Below are positions 1-14,339 of a stretch of 64,000 bases of DNA, piece after piece (position 1 is the stretch's first letter; each line of letters starts with the position of its first letter). A program made the translations under genes and the position numbers. The DNA lies in contig OZ024740.1 of NCBI GenBank assembly GCA_964016885.1, positions 172,360,001 through 172,424,000 on the forward strand, given 5' to 3'. The notes beneath the pieces were generated by a model, which did not search any database, had not been told where the DNA came from, and worked only from the letters and a program-made list of their open reading frames with translations. The DNA is from Eledone cirrhosa. Its lineage: Eukaryota.

Positions 1-480
1 CCATCACATAGCGACTATACAACTACACAAGTACACACACAAGCGAACACACGCGCATGCCTGAGCGGGACACCTAGGCTCCACTCAATCGCGTCGCACG
101 CATACATACACGCGCACACACAACCAACAGGAGGTAAATAATACCCAAATCAAAGCGTCAGGAGCGCGCCTGCGGACACGGACACTGCAACAGACCCTTC
201 ATGACTATGAGACTACCGGCCACCCCCACCACCCCTAATAGTAACTTTCCCCACTCATCCCTCAACTACACGCTTTTCTCCATTTTCTCAACACCTACCC
301 ATCTCTGAAGAAACAGCGTGTGGAAATAGCTGAAAATGAACAAATAATTCAGTTATCTACTCGCCGTTGAAACGCATGAACTCAGCCATCGGGCACCAGC
401 TTTTCACTCTACATACACTTTACTTTCGCAAGTATTGAGTACTTAGCTGAACATAGTTTTACTAGTCTAAACTGGCAACT
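1..480 (+). mobile_element. 3' end (pseudo-LTR-like) of a probable Penelope-like element with a degenerate hammerhead
   Basis: CTGAAGA (305-311), a long imperfect helix II, GAAA (369-372), then cgcatgaactcagccatc-ggg. Followed by the cactcta...agtattgagtac tail shared with other hammerhead elements in the window. Confidence 0.5.
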
Positions 481-879
481 CTCAATCTCTCTCTCTTTCT
501 CCCCCCCCCCCTCTCTCTCTCTCAGATGATCTACTCTTTCTTGCATTGAATTAATAGCATAGGTGTAATATGATGACTTGTATGCTTCTCAATTTTTTTT
601 CTACGCTTTGTTATTAATTTTATTATGTTCAACTACTAAGGGACGGTGGATTGACAGAATCATCAGAGCGTCAGACAAAATGTCTTGCGGTATTTGTTCC
701 AGAATTTTACGTACTGAGTTCAATTTCCGCCGAGGTCAACCTTACTTTTCAACATTCCAGGGTTGATCGAATAAAGTACAAGTTAAGTATTGCGGTCAAT
801 ACACTCCATTTTTACTTAGATTCTGTAGCTGTCACGCATAAGACAGTCAGGGCAATCTAACTCCACCAATCCTCAGCCA

Positions 880-1200
880 AGGCAGGTACATCCTTCTATT
901 TCTTGTTCAACCGTTGCAGATCATACACAGTGTTCTGAGTACAATTCATTTTTGGTATTCTACGCTTTCATTTGCCTCTCGCAACCCAATCAAAAGTTTG
1001 GTTCGCTAGCCTCGTTTGTGACAGTCTGGAAAGGTATCGGATCCATCTATGGCGCTTTTTGCAGATTTTGACGATACTGGATGCTGACTTTTTCCTTCTC
1101 TGATTTCTTTATTTGCAGTAAGGTCGTTCCATTTGACATTAATGATTTTTCTCAGAGATTTCGAGTTAAACGCATCAAGCTTTATATCTAGGTTGATTTT
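880..1200 (-). mobile_element. RTE-group LINE 3' fragment (decayed)
   Basis: Minus-strand translation reads LDAFNSKSLRKIINVKWNDLTANKEIR, resembling the post-RT region of RTE ORFs. Confidence 0.55.
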
Positions 1201-1438
1201 GAGTTGCGGCCCTTGTGTCTAAATTAGAAATCAAATGGTAGAATGGCAGACCTGTCAACTCTCCCCGTCCGACGGGAGGATCTCCCACCCACTTTGGGGT
1301 GATTCCGAGGCCGATACATTAAAGTACCACTCATGTACTGGAATCGGTATTATTGCCTTCCCCTCTGATAAATTGTTGGCCTTGTGCCTAAAGTAGAAAT
1401 TTGTACTTCCTCCTCATCCCCTCCTCCTCCTCCTCCTC

Positions 1439-1474
<36 letters not shown>

Positions 1475-2139
1475 TTCGTTTCATGTACTATCCATTTCGT
1501 AATTACACCCATAAATGGTGACCCTACTTATGTATATGGCAGTGCTATAACAATGGAAGCACAGTATAATTAACGAGTGTTTCACTTTCTGTTAGTTCTT
1601 GTCTTTAGAGTGTGGCCTATCTTTAACAGATCAATGACTGAGTCTTTTTACACATGATATTACTGCATAGAATTCCCATTTTTAGTGGGTGGCCTTCTTT
1701 AACGGATTCTATAACTATCAAACCACAGAAAGAGATGTAGAGGAAGAATCGATCTCAGTACTGGACTGGTACTTTATTTATCGACTTGGAAATGATGAAC
1801 AGCAATGTTCAACGACATTTAATCTCAGAGCGCAGTGAATCGGAAATACCGAGGCATTTAATCCGGCGCCCTAACAACTCTGTTAATTCACCATCTTATC
1901 AGAAAGTAAACACCGGGATAAATATTGCAAGGTATTTTGTCCAACACTAACGATTCTTCTAAACCACTGATTTTCTCACGTTTGATATAATTTCGAGGAA
2001 TTCTCGTCTTCAGCGAGTGAGCTATGTTTACGAATTCTATCCCATAGATACCGAAGAGAAAGTGATGTGAAGGAATTGCTACAGTGTCCTTCCCACGCCT
2101 GACATTACGACTATCAGTTGTCATGTAATAGTGGTTTCT

Positions 2140-2320
2140 TATATAGGCACAAGACCAGCAATTACCCAGTGCATTACTGGTACTTTATTTTATCGACCCC
2201 GTAAGGATGAAAGGCAAAGTTTACCTCGGCGGGATTTGAACTCAGAATGGAAAGGGCCGTAACTCTATGCGTCAAAGCATGGCGTCTGACCCTCTACCGA
2301 TACTGCCAATTCACCGCCCT
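2140..2320 (-). mobile_element. tRNA-type SINE, dominant family (reverse copy)
   Basis: Reverse complement of the core gagttcaaatcccgccgagg...tttgcctttcatccttacggggtcgataaaataaagtaccagt. Confidence 0.85.
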
Positions 2321-2536
2321 TTGCTGTCATGTAATAGTGTTTGTTAGTTTGTAATGTTCTTCTTTTTTTGTGATTGAGTCAGTTCCTGGACAGGCATAAC
2401 AAAGGTGTCGTTGACCTGATAAAGTTACTAGATATCAACGAACGGGATCGAGTGCACGTACTCAGACACAGAACACAGGACACGGGTTTGTTAGTGTAAA
2501 TATGGGAGTGACTTTATATGTCTGTTTCTGTATCTG

Positions 2537-2537
2537 C

Positions 2538-2619
<82 letters not shown>

Positions 2620-2632
2620 GTGTGTGTGTGTG

Positions 2633-2675
<43 letters not shown>

Positions 2676-2712
2676 GTGTGTGTGTGTGTGTGTATATATA
2701 TGTGTGTGTGTG
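2537..2712. repeat. (TG)n/(TA)n compound microsatellite
   Basis: Alternating dinucleotide blocks seen directly. Confidence 0.95.
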
Positions 2713-4749
2713 TTTTACCGTTGAGTCAGCGATGGGATGGTAAAATCTTTAATGTATAATTAATTTATGTTATTACCACAAATGAAGATTACTATTACAC
2801 CGATGATGTGTTAATTACGTTGTTTACTCGGCAGAGCACTTAACGTGGGGGAGAGACTTTAAAGGAAATGTCTCAGTATAATGTTTCATGGGAATAGTCC
2901 TGTACTAGACTAAATAATATGATCTGTTGCTTATAATTTTGCACTGAAGTATCTCACCTCAAATGTTAGTACCGACCGTTCAATATGAATACAGTTATGG
3001 CTAAAATCTTGCCACACTCAGTCATTCATAACATTTTCCATAAATATTGTTGCATCGCGACTTAAATACTGTTCAAAGAGTTCTATGTAGAGGAACAAGG
3101 TTTAGAAGGTAGAAGCCAATTAAGAAGGTAGAAGCCAATCGATTCCAGTACTTGATTGGTTCCCCGGAGGATGAAAAACAAAGTTGAATCCAGAGAGATT
3201 TGAAACTAGAACGTATAGGGTCACAACTAAATAACGTAAGACATTTTGTCTATCATTCTAAGGATTCTGCCAATCCACTATCAATAATGTTATAATCATT
3301 GTAATAAATAATTTCCCTAATCTATCACTTCCCGACTGATTTGGCCGAATCGGAGTAGCGGATATATTGTCTTAAAGCATTTAGGTATGGCCTTTTACGT
3401 TTTATGTTCAAACCAGGCCAAGATCAACTTTGCCTTTCATATTTCCGTGGTCGATAAAATAAAGTACCAGTTAAGTAGTTGAGCCGATTTAATCGATTTT
3501 TCCCACCAACAAATTCCAGTCTTTGTAACTCTCATAGAAACAATTATTTGATAATAGTCAGATAAGCAGGTATAATTAAACCCATTGAAAATATAGTCAC
3601 AACTAGAATCTATAGGCGTACAGTCGAGATAATGAGGGAATCTCTATATGCTAACAGAAACATATACTCAAATAACATTCTACCATATTAAAAAAAAAAG
3701 AAAGAGACTATGTACGCAGATATAGATGAGTGGTTAAGAAGTTCGCTTCGCAATCATGAGATCCTGGATTTTAGTGCATGAATTGAGCTAAACATTGTGA
3801 GTGAAATTGAGTAGAGGAAAGCTGTGTGGAAGCTCGTTGAATGTACTGTATCTGTAATTCCAAGATGTAGCCTTGTCACTTATTGTGTCATGCTGATTCA
3901 ACTGGGGAATTATGTTAAAGATGCAAGTGTCTGGTAAATACGCAACCACAAATCGAACGTTGATTGAACGGCTGGATACTCATCGTCGAAACCGACGGAA
4001 AATTCATCTCCTGCTCGGAAAAAAAAGGAATGGAAGCCATCAGTCATGACTGACCATGTCCTATGCATCCATGACTGACTGCCCATGGGTTTGTCTCTCC
4101 GAGGAACAAGCCAGGGCTGTGTATTTCATAGAAGACAAACAGTCTGCTCTGAAACAAACAATAATCCCGTTGAATGTACAGTGTAATTCAGTACTATCAA
4201 AGGGGAAAGCACCAGTGTTGTCAGAACTACTTTTTGCAGCTGATTGGACTCGAGAAAAGTGTAATAAAGTCTCTTGTTCAAGGATCCAAATCATCACACG
4301 ATAAAGTTGTCTAACTCACAACTTTACTATCCTAACCCTTAAGCCACACGCCTTCATTCGCATATTAGAAAAAACAATTTCAACCCCTTTAATCTGTAAA
4401 ACATTTACTATTTCCCTTGCACGGGTACAAGTTAGAAATGTGAGATAATTCTTGGTGGTACTAAATCAAATATGATCATGAGATTGATCGACAGCAAACA
4501 ATCCTAAACCCATAAATTTAATTCACTGAGTCAATGCCTCACATTTAAGGTCATTCACTTGGGCCCCCCAAACTTAAGTAAATATAACCCACTGAATCTT
4601 TAGTTCTGTGTGCTTAGCAAACACTCCTGTGAGTCAATAGCACGTGAATAGATAGAAGCATTTGATATTAGCATACGGTTTTCCTTTTGTGTTCGTTTAG
4701 TCTATACCTAGATAAACACGCACACATAGACACACGCGTATTATTATTA

Positions 4750-5052
4750 ACCCGCCGAGGTTAACTTTGCCTTTCATCCTTACGGGGTCGATAAAATAAA
4801 GTACCAGTCACGCACTGGGGTCGATTTAATCGACTTTCTCCTCCCCCCAAATTGCTGGCCTTGTGCTACATAAGAAGCCATTATTATTATTACGGCCCTT
4901 TACAGTCTGAGTTCAAATCCCGCCGAAGGTAACTTTGCATTTCACCCTTACGGGGTAAATAAAATAAAGTACCAGTCACACACTGGGGTCGATTTAATCG
5001 ACTTTTCCCTCCCCTAAAATTACTGGCCTTGTGCCTATATTAGAAATCATCA
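4750..5052 (+). mobile_element. Two tandem copies of the dominant SINE
   Basis: Two copies of the SINE core, each ending ggccttgtgc...agaa(g/a)(c/t)cat with an (ATT)-like tail. Confidence 0.85.
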
Positions 5053-5074
5053 TTACATATATATATATGTGTGT

Positions 5075-5143
<69 letters not shown>

Positions 5144-5887
5144 TGAGTCATATATCCTATTTTCAAATATCCTATTTTCATCACCATTTTCCTCGTCCCT
5201 CATTAGACGATAGACAGATACACAAGGTAACGTTCATAGAGTTTATAATAAACACGCACCTAATATCGAAGAAAACTAGACCCAAATAAACCTCTTGGTA
5301 GATAGTTACCCACCCACTCTATACAGTTATGAAAAAAAAAAAATAAAACAAAAATAAACTCCTATGGTTGACTCAAGTGTTGTGATATCTACCTGATGAT
5401 AGTGCATCTCGGCAATGAAACCTGATCTCGTTATTATGATGAATATAAGACACATCGTCGAACTGTATATGAGCCGCCAACCACACCCATGTATTCAGCT
5501 ATCTTTAAAACTCTTAACTGGAATGACAGTGCCAGCTGTACTGATAACAAAAAGAAAGACTAAAAAGGGATGCGCTGTAACCTCTCCCCTTCTCCTACAC
5601 TTTTCTCTCTATCCCACGTATAAGTTTCAATGTCGTTTTCTAAGTAGACCGTCAGTCACAGTTACTCAACAGGTTTTTGTTTGTTTAATGCAAGATCCGT
5701 CACTCTTTCCTTTCCTCTATCTCCTCCTCCTACTCATTTCTTCTTCTTTCTCAACATGCTCCTTCTCCTATTCATTATCGCTGTTTTTAAACCATCGCAT
5801 CAATAATTTTATATCACCGCCAAATGAATGATTCCCATCGTCGACAACATCATCATCATAACCATACTCTTCATTCTGTGAATATAT

Positions 5888-6033
5888 ATATGGGTAGGGT
5901 CGGGGGTAACCACAGTAAGTAAGGTACTCAATACATTAGTAGAGTGTGAACAACACATTTAATATAGAAATCGCTTCTACAAGACGAGAACTGTTTCATT
6001 CGAGAACTGTTTCAAGGAAATCATCAGGAAACG
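5888..6033 (-). mobile_element. PLE-type terminal repeat fragment with partial hammerhead (same family as 54310-54490 and 59495-59617)
   Basis: All three copies share gtactcaata...agagt...atatagaaat..cttctaca.gac.agaactgtttcatt...aaatcatca. The minus strand reads CTGATGA...GAAACAGTTCT.GTC. Confidence 0.55.
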
Positions 6034-6399
6034 CGTTTTTTTGTGGGGGGGGGGGGATGACCGTAGAAGGCAAATAAGTCATCACGGTAAGAAGAGTTTC
6101 TTTCGATTTTGTTTTTCACTTATAGTCTGTCCCTCTTCCCACGGGTTCATGAAGCCGGAGCTTATCACGGTTTCATGGGGTGCTAAGTAATTGAAAGTCA
6201 GTCCGTTGCGTGGTCGACACTTTTTCCCTCGCCAACCCCCAAATAATGTTGATACTCATTTTGTATGGCTGAGTGGACTACACCAAGGTGAAATGAAGTG
6301 AATATAGCTATAGGCTGCACGAAATTAGGAAGATTGTATATAGTAATTTGGGAACTACTGTAAATAATTCGATGTTTACTTATCTACCTTTATCTTCTG

Positions 6400-6715
6400 A
6401 ATTCACACCACACGGTGGGCTTCATTTTGAGTTAGCTTTTATTATCTTTCCGAAGTCTTCTTCGCCCACTTATTCCCGAGAGGGTCATGCGGTCAGAGTC
6501 CTCAAATACTCCTTCCAACGGGTCCTGTCAGAAGAAACCGTCCCCAAACGAGACCAGCCAATTTTATAGATGTTATCCAACCATCTTGCTCGAGGTCTAC
6601 CCCTGAGTCTTCTGCTGATTGGTTTTGCCCATAAAACCTGCCCAGCGATTCTTTCCTGAGACATTCTAACCACATGCCTATAGTGCTGGAGCTGTGATCT
6701 CTCAATTCAGAGAAG
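6400..6715 (-). mobile_element. RTE-group LINE 3' end
   Basis: ORF 6485-6673 (VRMSQERIAGQVLWAKPISRRLRGRPRARWLD) carries the RGRP..RW.D motif typical of RTE C-termini. Confidence 0.75.
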
Positions 6716-7059
6716 TCGATAAATTAAATACCTGTGATATACATAGGTCACTTTTGTCGATTATAATACCATTCCTACACTTTCCTACCAATACTATAAG
6801 TTATTATTACCAGTAACGTACTGGAGTCGATTTAATCGACTTTCCTCTCCCGCCAAATTATTGGCCTTGTGCTTATACTAAAAATCATTATCATGCGTTG
6901 CCACAGGTTAAAACTTCGTATATAAGGAAACGGCGTGTATATAGCAAGGACAGAATTTACCTCAGTCGGTTTCATCGAAAACTGTTCCAGCTGCTCGATC
7001 AACAGAACACATGAAATTAATGTGTAAGTGGATGAGCATTCTACAGGCATGTCTACCCT

Positions 7060-7295
7060 TAAAACAATTATCATGGAGATTCAGCGTGACAGTATGTGAC
7101 AAGGCTGGCCTTTTGAATCACAGGCACAGTTCATCTGACGGGTATCCAATCAGTTTCTGCCTACTTGATTTCAATGACAATGCATTGGTCGATTCTAGGC
7201 TACGGTAAATGACATTTGCTCAAAATGCTACGCAATGGGATTGAACCCGTGAACTAAGGATTGCGAAGTGAACTTCTTAACCATTCGGCCATGCT
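7060..7295 (-). mobile_element. Second tRNA-type SINE family (related copies near 3725-4010, 57780-57930, 63880-64000)
   Basis: Minus strand starts gcagcatggccgaatggttaagaagttcacttcgcaatcc...gggttcaatccc, with tRNA-like A and B boxes. Confidence 0.65.
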
Positions 7296-7721
7296 GCGCC
7301 CACCGCAGGTATATAATTAACGCAATCAACCTCAATATTTTACTGAAACGTATTTAATTTCAGAGTTGTACTTGTGTTAGAAATTGACACGATCTGAAAC
7401 CGCGAGTTGAAACTAAAGGTACTACATCGTGAAAGAGTCATTTTAGCCATTAAAATAAAAAATAAAAAAAATAAACAAAAACTATAAAAATTCCTATTAC
7501 AATTAGTATTTAGTTCTTGGTATCAAATGTTTTCTATTATTTCCGATCTGGCCACTGACACAGTTTCACTGCAAATTTATTATTAATTTCTTCAAATAAT
7601 AAATTATTGATCTCTGGTAAAATTTTAATAATCCATTTAACGAAAAAGAACCGAAACTTTAGATGTTTTTTCAAATATTCTGTACAACCAGGGAGTGAGG
7701 GGAGGGACATGGATTGCAGTG

Positions 7722-8261
7722 TTGTGATGATGGTGGTGGTGATGATGATGATGATGATGATGATGATGACGGTGGAGGACCATAATGATGATAATGATAA
7801 TGATGATGATGATGAAGATGATGATGGTGGTGGTGGTGGTGATGATGATGATGATGATGATGGTGGAGGTGTTGATGATGAGGATGATAATGATGATAAT
7901 GATAATGATGATGATGATGAGGATGATGACGGTGGAGGTGTTGATGGTGAGGATGATGATGATAATGATGATGATGGTGGTGGTGGTGATGGTGAGGATG
8001 ATAATGATGATAATGATAATGGTGATGATGGTGGTGGTGGTGGTGGTGGTGGTGGTGGTAGTGATGATAATGATGATAATGATAATAATAATAATAATGA
8101 TGATGGTGGTGGTGGTGGTGGTGGTGGTGATGGTGAGGATGATAATGATGATAATGATAATAATAATAATAATAATAATGATGGTGGTGGTGGTGGTGAT
8201 GATGATGATGGCGGGGGAGGTGTTGAGGGTGAGGATGATAGTGATGATGATGATGATGATG
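7722..8261. repeat. (GAT/GGT/AAT)n compound trinucleotide repeat
   Basis: Seen directly; it generates the long spurious ORFs here. Confidence 0.95.
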
Positions 8262-10205
8262 AAAGGAGGACGGTGTACTTTCGATGCATTTCGGTGCAGA
8301 CACGAAAAGTGGAACTTGCCAGCCAAGCAGAGGTCGGGGCTGCTTTGGAGTACATCGGAAGTGACATAGAGTATAAAGCAAGAGCCAAACAGTTGGGTAC
8401 CATCTCGGTACTGTTCAAAACCGAGGCCCTTGCTATTAAGCACTCGGTGACCCCCTGCAGAACGGAACGCATTATCATGCACCCGTCCTACATGGGTAAA
8501 AGGACAGTAAAGGTCCGCATTCCCAGCATCCCACCAGGAATGAACATATGGTGGGATTGAAATGAGCACATTTTGCGTGCCATTCTGCTCCGAATGTCAC
8601 TCGATTCCTTCAAAGAAATTCGGGAGAGCTTTCCTCAAGACGTGGGAACCCTGAATGTGAAACCCACATCGAGACTTTTAAAGGGGTTCCTAAAAGAAAC
8701 CCCACCAACCATGGAGGTCGAACCACCCATCTAGATCGTATATAGACAGGATCTTCATTAGGAAAATAGATAGAAATAGTGTAGGCTGCCCACTTTTTAA
8801 AACGGTTGCCTATTCAGATCACAAATTTGTGATCTGTATGGTCGACCTAGATAAAACACGTAGGTTAGGACCGGGTTACTGGAAGCTGAACATGTCATTT
8901 CCGGCACGTAAGGCTTACAGGGACCGAGTCAACAATTTAGTTAAGAAAAAGTTGACAGGGGGGATCATCAACAACAGATGGTGGGGGGGAGGGGGGGGGG
9001 GGCTCTCAAAAGAGAGATTAGAGTAACTTCGATAGAGTTCAGCAAAGAACTAGCGTTAGAGAAAAATAGAAAGGAGGAGGAGCTGGTAGATAAGTTAGAC
9101 GAGGCTATTTGTAGTGGCATCGCAACTGACGTGCTAGCGGCGAGAATGGCATTAGACTATTTCTTCAATGCGAAACACGAAGGTTGCATTGTCAGAGCTA
9201 AGGCGCGTGCGCTGAGAAACGAGGGAACCAAAGCTGTTCGATGGGCCCGCGTGGCGCAGGCGCAGAGTGGTAATAAAACCACAATTCGGTCTTTGGCGGA
9301 CTTTCGCCAGCACTTTGCTCGGTTGTTCGGGGAGAGTGGGGAGTCAGAGGGAGTAGCCGATTTCAGTCCCTACCTTGACGACTTGCCGCGCATCTCGACA
9401 GTCGACGCTGAGCGCTGCGAAGGGCCGATTACTTCAGCCGAAATATCTGCATCATTCATTTCTTCTCGCACTGCCGGTTCGGGATAAACTCTACAGGCAC
9501 GGAAGTCCTGTCAGATGCGCACAGAACGACGAAACCGTTCTGCACGCATTTGTCCAATGTCCGTGCATTACTGACTTGTGGAGTTATGTCTAACAGTTAC
9601 TGTCGCGTGTGGAACGAATCGGGCTATCGGCCGAGTCCATAGTGAAGATCGATCCGCCGCCTTCCTTAGGTCAGGAAGAGCAGGAAATTTTCCTCTGTCT
9701 GGTGGCAGTTGCGAAAGAGGTTATATGGTGGACCAGATTAAAAGGACTGAAGACAGACACTTTTCTCTTCGGCCAATCCCTCATCAACTTCTTTAAGTTT
9801 CACCTGGAAAGGAAGGTGAGGGTGGAGAGAGAAGTGCTTCCCCCCAGTACATTTGCTAAAAGGTGGATGAATGTGGCGAGAATGGCCCGTGTGAATGGGC
9901 CTACTCTGACCATGCGCCTATAGGATAGCTAACTTGAGGAGAGGGGTGCTCTCCCTGGGTGCCCTAGAAGCGCAGGGTGGCTCAGGATTGGTGGGGTACC
10001 CGAGTCACCCCAGGGTCGTCCACCCCTTATCGGGGAATTTATTTTGTTATATTTATGCATAGTTTATTTTATATTTTTTATATCTTCATTGTTAAATTAG
10101 TCTTGCCATTGTGCACTTTTACTCGACCTTATTGTAAACCCCCACTGTCCCTGTCTTTGTATTGTCCCCTACATGTCGGCCCTTGTGGCTAATAAATGAA
10201 ATCAT
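8262..10205 (+). mobile_element. Internally deleted L1/Tx1-type non-LTR retrotransposon remnant
   Basis: Endonuclease C-terminal motifs LDRIY...SDHK...GPGYWKLN (8731-8890), pre-RT helices (CEGPITSAEI), then a jump to a zf-RVT-like CAQNDETVLHAFVQC (9516-9560) and an aataaa plus (ATT)n tail. The RT core is missing. Confidence 0.75.
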
Positions 10206-10223
10206 TATTATTATTATTATTAT

Positions 10224-10335
10224 GAATCCCGCCGAGGTTAACTTTGCCTTTCATCCTTACGGGGTCGATAAAATAAAGTACCAGTAATACACAGGGTTAA
10301 TTGCTGGCCTTGTGCCTAACGTAGAAACAATTATT
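10224..10335 (+). mobile_element. 5'-truncated copy of the dominant SINE
   Basis: SINE core present, ending gtagaaacaattatt. Confidence 0.85.
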
Positions 10336-10554
10336 ATTATGATGATGACGGCAATAATGATGACGACGACGAATAAGACATCGAAAATTAGAGAATTTTT
10401 CTTTATTTTTGCTTAAGTCTGTCCCAACCCTACGGGATGAGGTTTACAATGAGAATGATGATGGTAATAGCAGGGTGACGGTGGTGGTGGTGGTGGTGGT
10501 GGTGGTGGGGCTATCACTGCTGCTGTTGCTGATGATGACGACGGCGGCCGTCAT

Positions 10555-10555
10555 G

Positions 10556-10590
<35 letters not shown>

Positions 10591-10680
10591 CACCACCACC
10601 ACCACCACCACTACTACTACTAACCCCCCCCCCCCCCCCCCCCCATCACCCCCACCCCCACCACAACCCCTACTACCACA

Positions 10681-10754
<74 letters not shown>

Positions 10755-10761
10755 CACCACC

Positions 10762-10805
<44 letters not shown>

Positions 10806-10932
10806 CACCACCACCGCCACCACCATGACCACCACCACCACCACCACCACCACCACCACCACCACCACCACTACTACTACATCCACCACCACCACCACCA
10901 CTACTACTACTACTACTACATCCACCACCACC

Positions 10933-10976
<44 letters not shown>

Positions 10977-11010
10977 CACCACCACCACCACCACCACCAT
11001 CACCACCACC

Positions 11011-11060
<50 letters not shown>

Positions 11061-11091
11061 CACCACCACCACCACCACCACCACCACCACC

Positions 11092-11159
<68 letters not shown>

Positions 11160-11184
11160 CGCCGCCAACACCACCATCACCACC

Positions 11185-11231
<47 letters not shown>

Positions 11232-11275
11232 CACCACCACGACGATGGTGATGGTGACAGTAGTAATGATGATGG

Positions 11276-11306
<31 letters not shown>
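10555..11306. repeat. (ACC/ACT)n trinucleotide repeat tract
   Basis: Seen directly. Confidence 0.95.
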
Positions 11307-11536
11307 GACTGTCGTCATAATCACGGCATCAATTACAGGTCAGTGAACGAGAGTTATCTCCTGCCCGCCACGCTCAACGTATTTGATCAACACACGCCGC
11401 TCCTCCACACAATCTCAACTACTTTATTATTTGTCTTTCCCACTCTTCTCACTTCTCAAATTTGATAGTTGGAATAAAATCGGAAGTGCATTACTTAGTA
11501 TTTCATATTTTATTACAAAGTATTACACAAAGACTT

Positions 11537-11600
<64 letters not shown>

Positions 11601-11622
11601 TCTCTCACACACACGCACACGT

Positions 11623-11686
<64 letters not shown>

Positions 11687-11708
11687 TCTTTCACACACAC
11701 GCACACGT

Positions 11709-11760
<52 letters not shown>

Positions 11761-11819
11761 GCACTCTCTCACACACACGCACACGTACACACACACACAC
11801 ACACACACACGTACCCCCC

Positions 11820-11859
<40 letters not shown>

Positions 11860-12114
11860 GCACTCTCTCTCTCTCTCACCCACACACGCACACACACATA
11901 CACACACATATATCTTTATATAGATGTATATATATATATGCACTCGCTCACACATACGCCACACATACATAGTGTAAGACAGAACAGACAGAATAGGAAG
12001 AAGGGTGCAATAGTGCGCGAGTTCGTGTTTTAATTAATGTCAATCTTTCTTATAGTAAATAAGAGATGATTGTGCAGATTTTGAAAGTATTAAATTATCG
12101 TTGAACTGAACCGG

Positions 12115-12310
12115 CAAATATTTTTTCGATCCTGTGCTCCGCGAGGAACAAGCCGGCTTCTGAAACAATCGACCTTGCACCGAAAAGATCTTCACACGAC
12201 GCAACATCCTCGAACTATGCGTTGAGATCCAGCACCCTTTGGTGGTCAATTTCATTGATATCCAGAAGGCATTCGACAGTGTGCATCGGGAATCGCTATG
12301 GAATATCGCG
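12115..12310 (+). mobile_element. RTE-group RT fragment
   Basis: Translates as REEQAGF*NNRPCTEKIFTRRNILELCVEIQHPLVVNFIDIQKAFDSVHRESLW, covering the QAGF and D..KAFD RT motifs. Confidence 0.8.
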
Positions 12311-12436
12311 TGAGTTCGAGACTGATTGTTGCTCGTCTTAGGGATAATAGTGTGAAGAGGACATTGCGAGAAGAAATGAATGATGCAGATATTGGTGAGG
12401 ATTGGCCGACCCTTAAAAAGTCGCATTATGATGTGT

Positions 12437-12620
12437 GGCTTGGCAGTATCGGTAGAGGGTCGGACGCCATGCTTTCCAGCATAGTTACGTCCCTTTGCGG
12501 TCTGAGTTCAAATCCCACCGAGGTTAACTTTGCCTTTCATCCTTACGGGGTCGATAAAATAAAGTACCAGTAATGCACTGGGTAATTGATGGCCTTGTGC
12601 CAAAAGTAGAAACAATTATG
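12437..12620 (+). mobile_element. Dominant SINE, near full length
   Basis: Head ttggcagtatcggtagag, B-box-like gagttcaaatccc, core and tail all present. Confidence 0.9.
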
Positions 12621-12624
12621 ATGT

Positions 12625-13351
12625 AGGCAGACGTGTTCTGGTATGAGTACAAAGAAAGTATCAATACTTGTTTAAAGAAAAAGATGAACATATTGTTGGC
12701 TGAAAAGAGGCGTTCTCTGTCACGATATGTTGCATAAGGAACTCAAGGATGTGAAATTACGTGTGAGGTGGAGGCTCTCTCAGATGAAGGATGATGAGAT
12801 ACAAGCTGCATCAGATTCCAATAACATGAGAAAGCGTAGCTGCTGATCGTAATAAATGGAGAAAAACTGTACACGGGGGGGAAAGTTGCTTTTGAAACAT
12901 CTCGAATCGGATACGGGAAAGTAAAAAGGGCTGTCAGGAAAAGCATTGTTGTTACATTTCCAGACAGCAAAGATCCTCCTATGGCGCTGACAGGCACCGT
13001 CTGTGCGAGACTCTGCCTAAGCAAAGCTGGACTCGAAAGTCATCTTTGCAATCATAAAGTGAGACCAGTGGTTGACTACCCGCTGCTGTCGGAGATATAC
13101 TCATCATACCTGTCAAGCATGTGAAAAAGAGTGTAGATCAGCAGGAGGGCTCAAACAACATGCAAAAGTACATGAAGTCCAACCACAGCCGGCTATTGTC
13201 AGTGAATGTCTTGGTTGCCAACTCTGTGCAAGACATTTTAGATCATTGCCTGGGCTAAAAAGCCACATTCGGTCGCAGCGCCGTTAATTATTAATGTATA
13301 TGTGTTCTTTTTTTCGTGCAAAGGCCATACTCGATAACGAGGGGGCAGCCA

Positions 13352-13352
<1 letters not shown>
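12625..13352 (+). mobile_element. RTE-like LINE 3' end with three C2H2 zinc-finger remnants
   Basis: CARLCLSKAGLESHLCNH, CQACEKECRSAGGLKQHAKVH and CQLCARHFRSLPGLKSHIRS. Ends in the tail ggccatactcgataacgagggggcagccatc, which recurs near 21394 and 22390. Confidence 0.65.
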
Positions 13353-13425
<73 letters not shown>

Positions 13426-14020
13426 CCACATGCATATATATATATCAATTTACGCTACATAAATTTCACACAAACACACACACACACACACGCGCATACA
13501 CATATATATTATATATATATATATGTGTGTGTGTGTGTACACGATTTAGATAGAGAGAGTGTGGTTGGAGAGAGAGAGAAACAAAGAATTTACCCTCATC
13601 TTTTTACATTTTTTACATTATAATGTAGAGTAGGAAACGCAACCCCAGCGACCTGGCTAGAGAAAAGGTAATGAGAAACTACAACGCAGGCTTTACTGCG
13701 TTGGTGATCCAAGATAATGTGTTACCCCCAAACCGCAGAATTGGTTGTAATCCTTGTAATAGAGTATTCATTGTAATGGATAGTCTGAATGAAGATGGTG
13801 GTGTTAAACCGGTTGATGGATTAGGTCTACTGTACAAGGTTAGATTTACTTTTGACAAAAATGACTTCCGTTTTTCCAACGAAGCACACCATTTTCTTAT
13901 ATTCTTACTATGTCACCATTACTGTTTCTTTCATTTGCCACTTTCCTGCAATGCACCACACTATCCATTACGCCACCCATTTCTCCTCCCACAGAACATT
14001 GGCCCCTTGGAATTCGTTCC

Positions 14021-14074
<54 letters not shown>

Positions 14075-14298
14075 AGTATGTTGTCTTGACAACCGCTTAT
14101 GAGCGAGAAACTTTTGCCGAGACTAAGTAAGTGACATTAGTCACTACTTTAAAATTCATAGCGAATGGTCTTCAAAATGTTTTTAAATAAACATACAGTA
14201 TATTTTCAAATATACTATACGTACATATATATATATATATACTATACGTACATATATATATATATATATATAATCCTATATATATATATATATATATA

Positions 14299-14339
<41 letters not shown>

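Noticed and set aside
4061-4300. Possible Rex1/L2-like RT fragment on the minus strand
   Set aside because: Only weak motif resemblance (WIL...NTGAFP...DC...KY); cannot be supported without a search.
5385-5440. CTGATGA...GAAAC hammerhead-like motif
   Set aside because: Helix I does not pair; at best a decayed remnant.
7537-8569. Long ORFs of 194-317 aa on both strands
   Set aside because: Produced by a stop-free trinucleotide repeat; only the part after 8262 belongs to a LINE remnant.
10409-12033. Poly-Thr/Val/His-Thr/Tyr-Ile ORFs
   Set aside because: Microsatellite translations.
13072-13287. Host C2H2 zinc-finger gene
   Set aside because: Fingers are interrupted by stops, recur in dispersed repeats (near 21000, 21940, 58380, 59040) and end in a LINE-type tail.
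13780-13825. tgaagatggtggtgttaaaccggtt, PLE hammerhead-like remnant
   Set aside because: Core incomplete (no GAAA, helix II broken).
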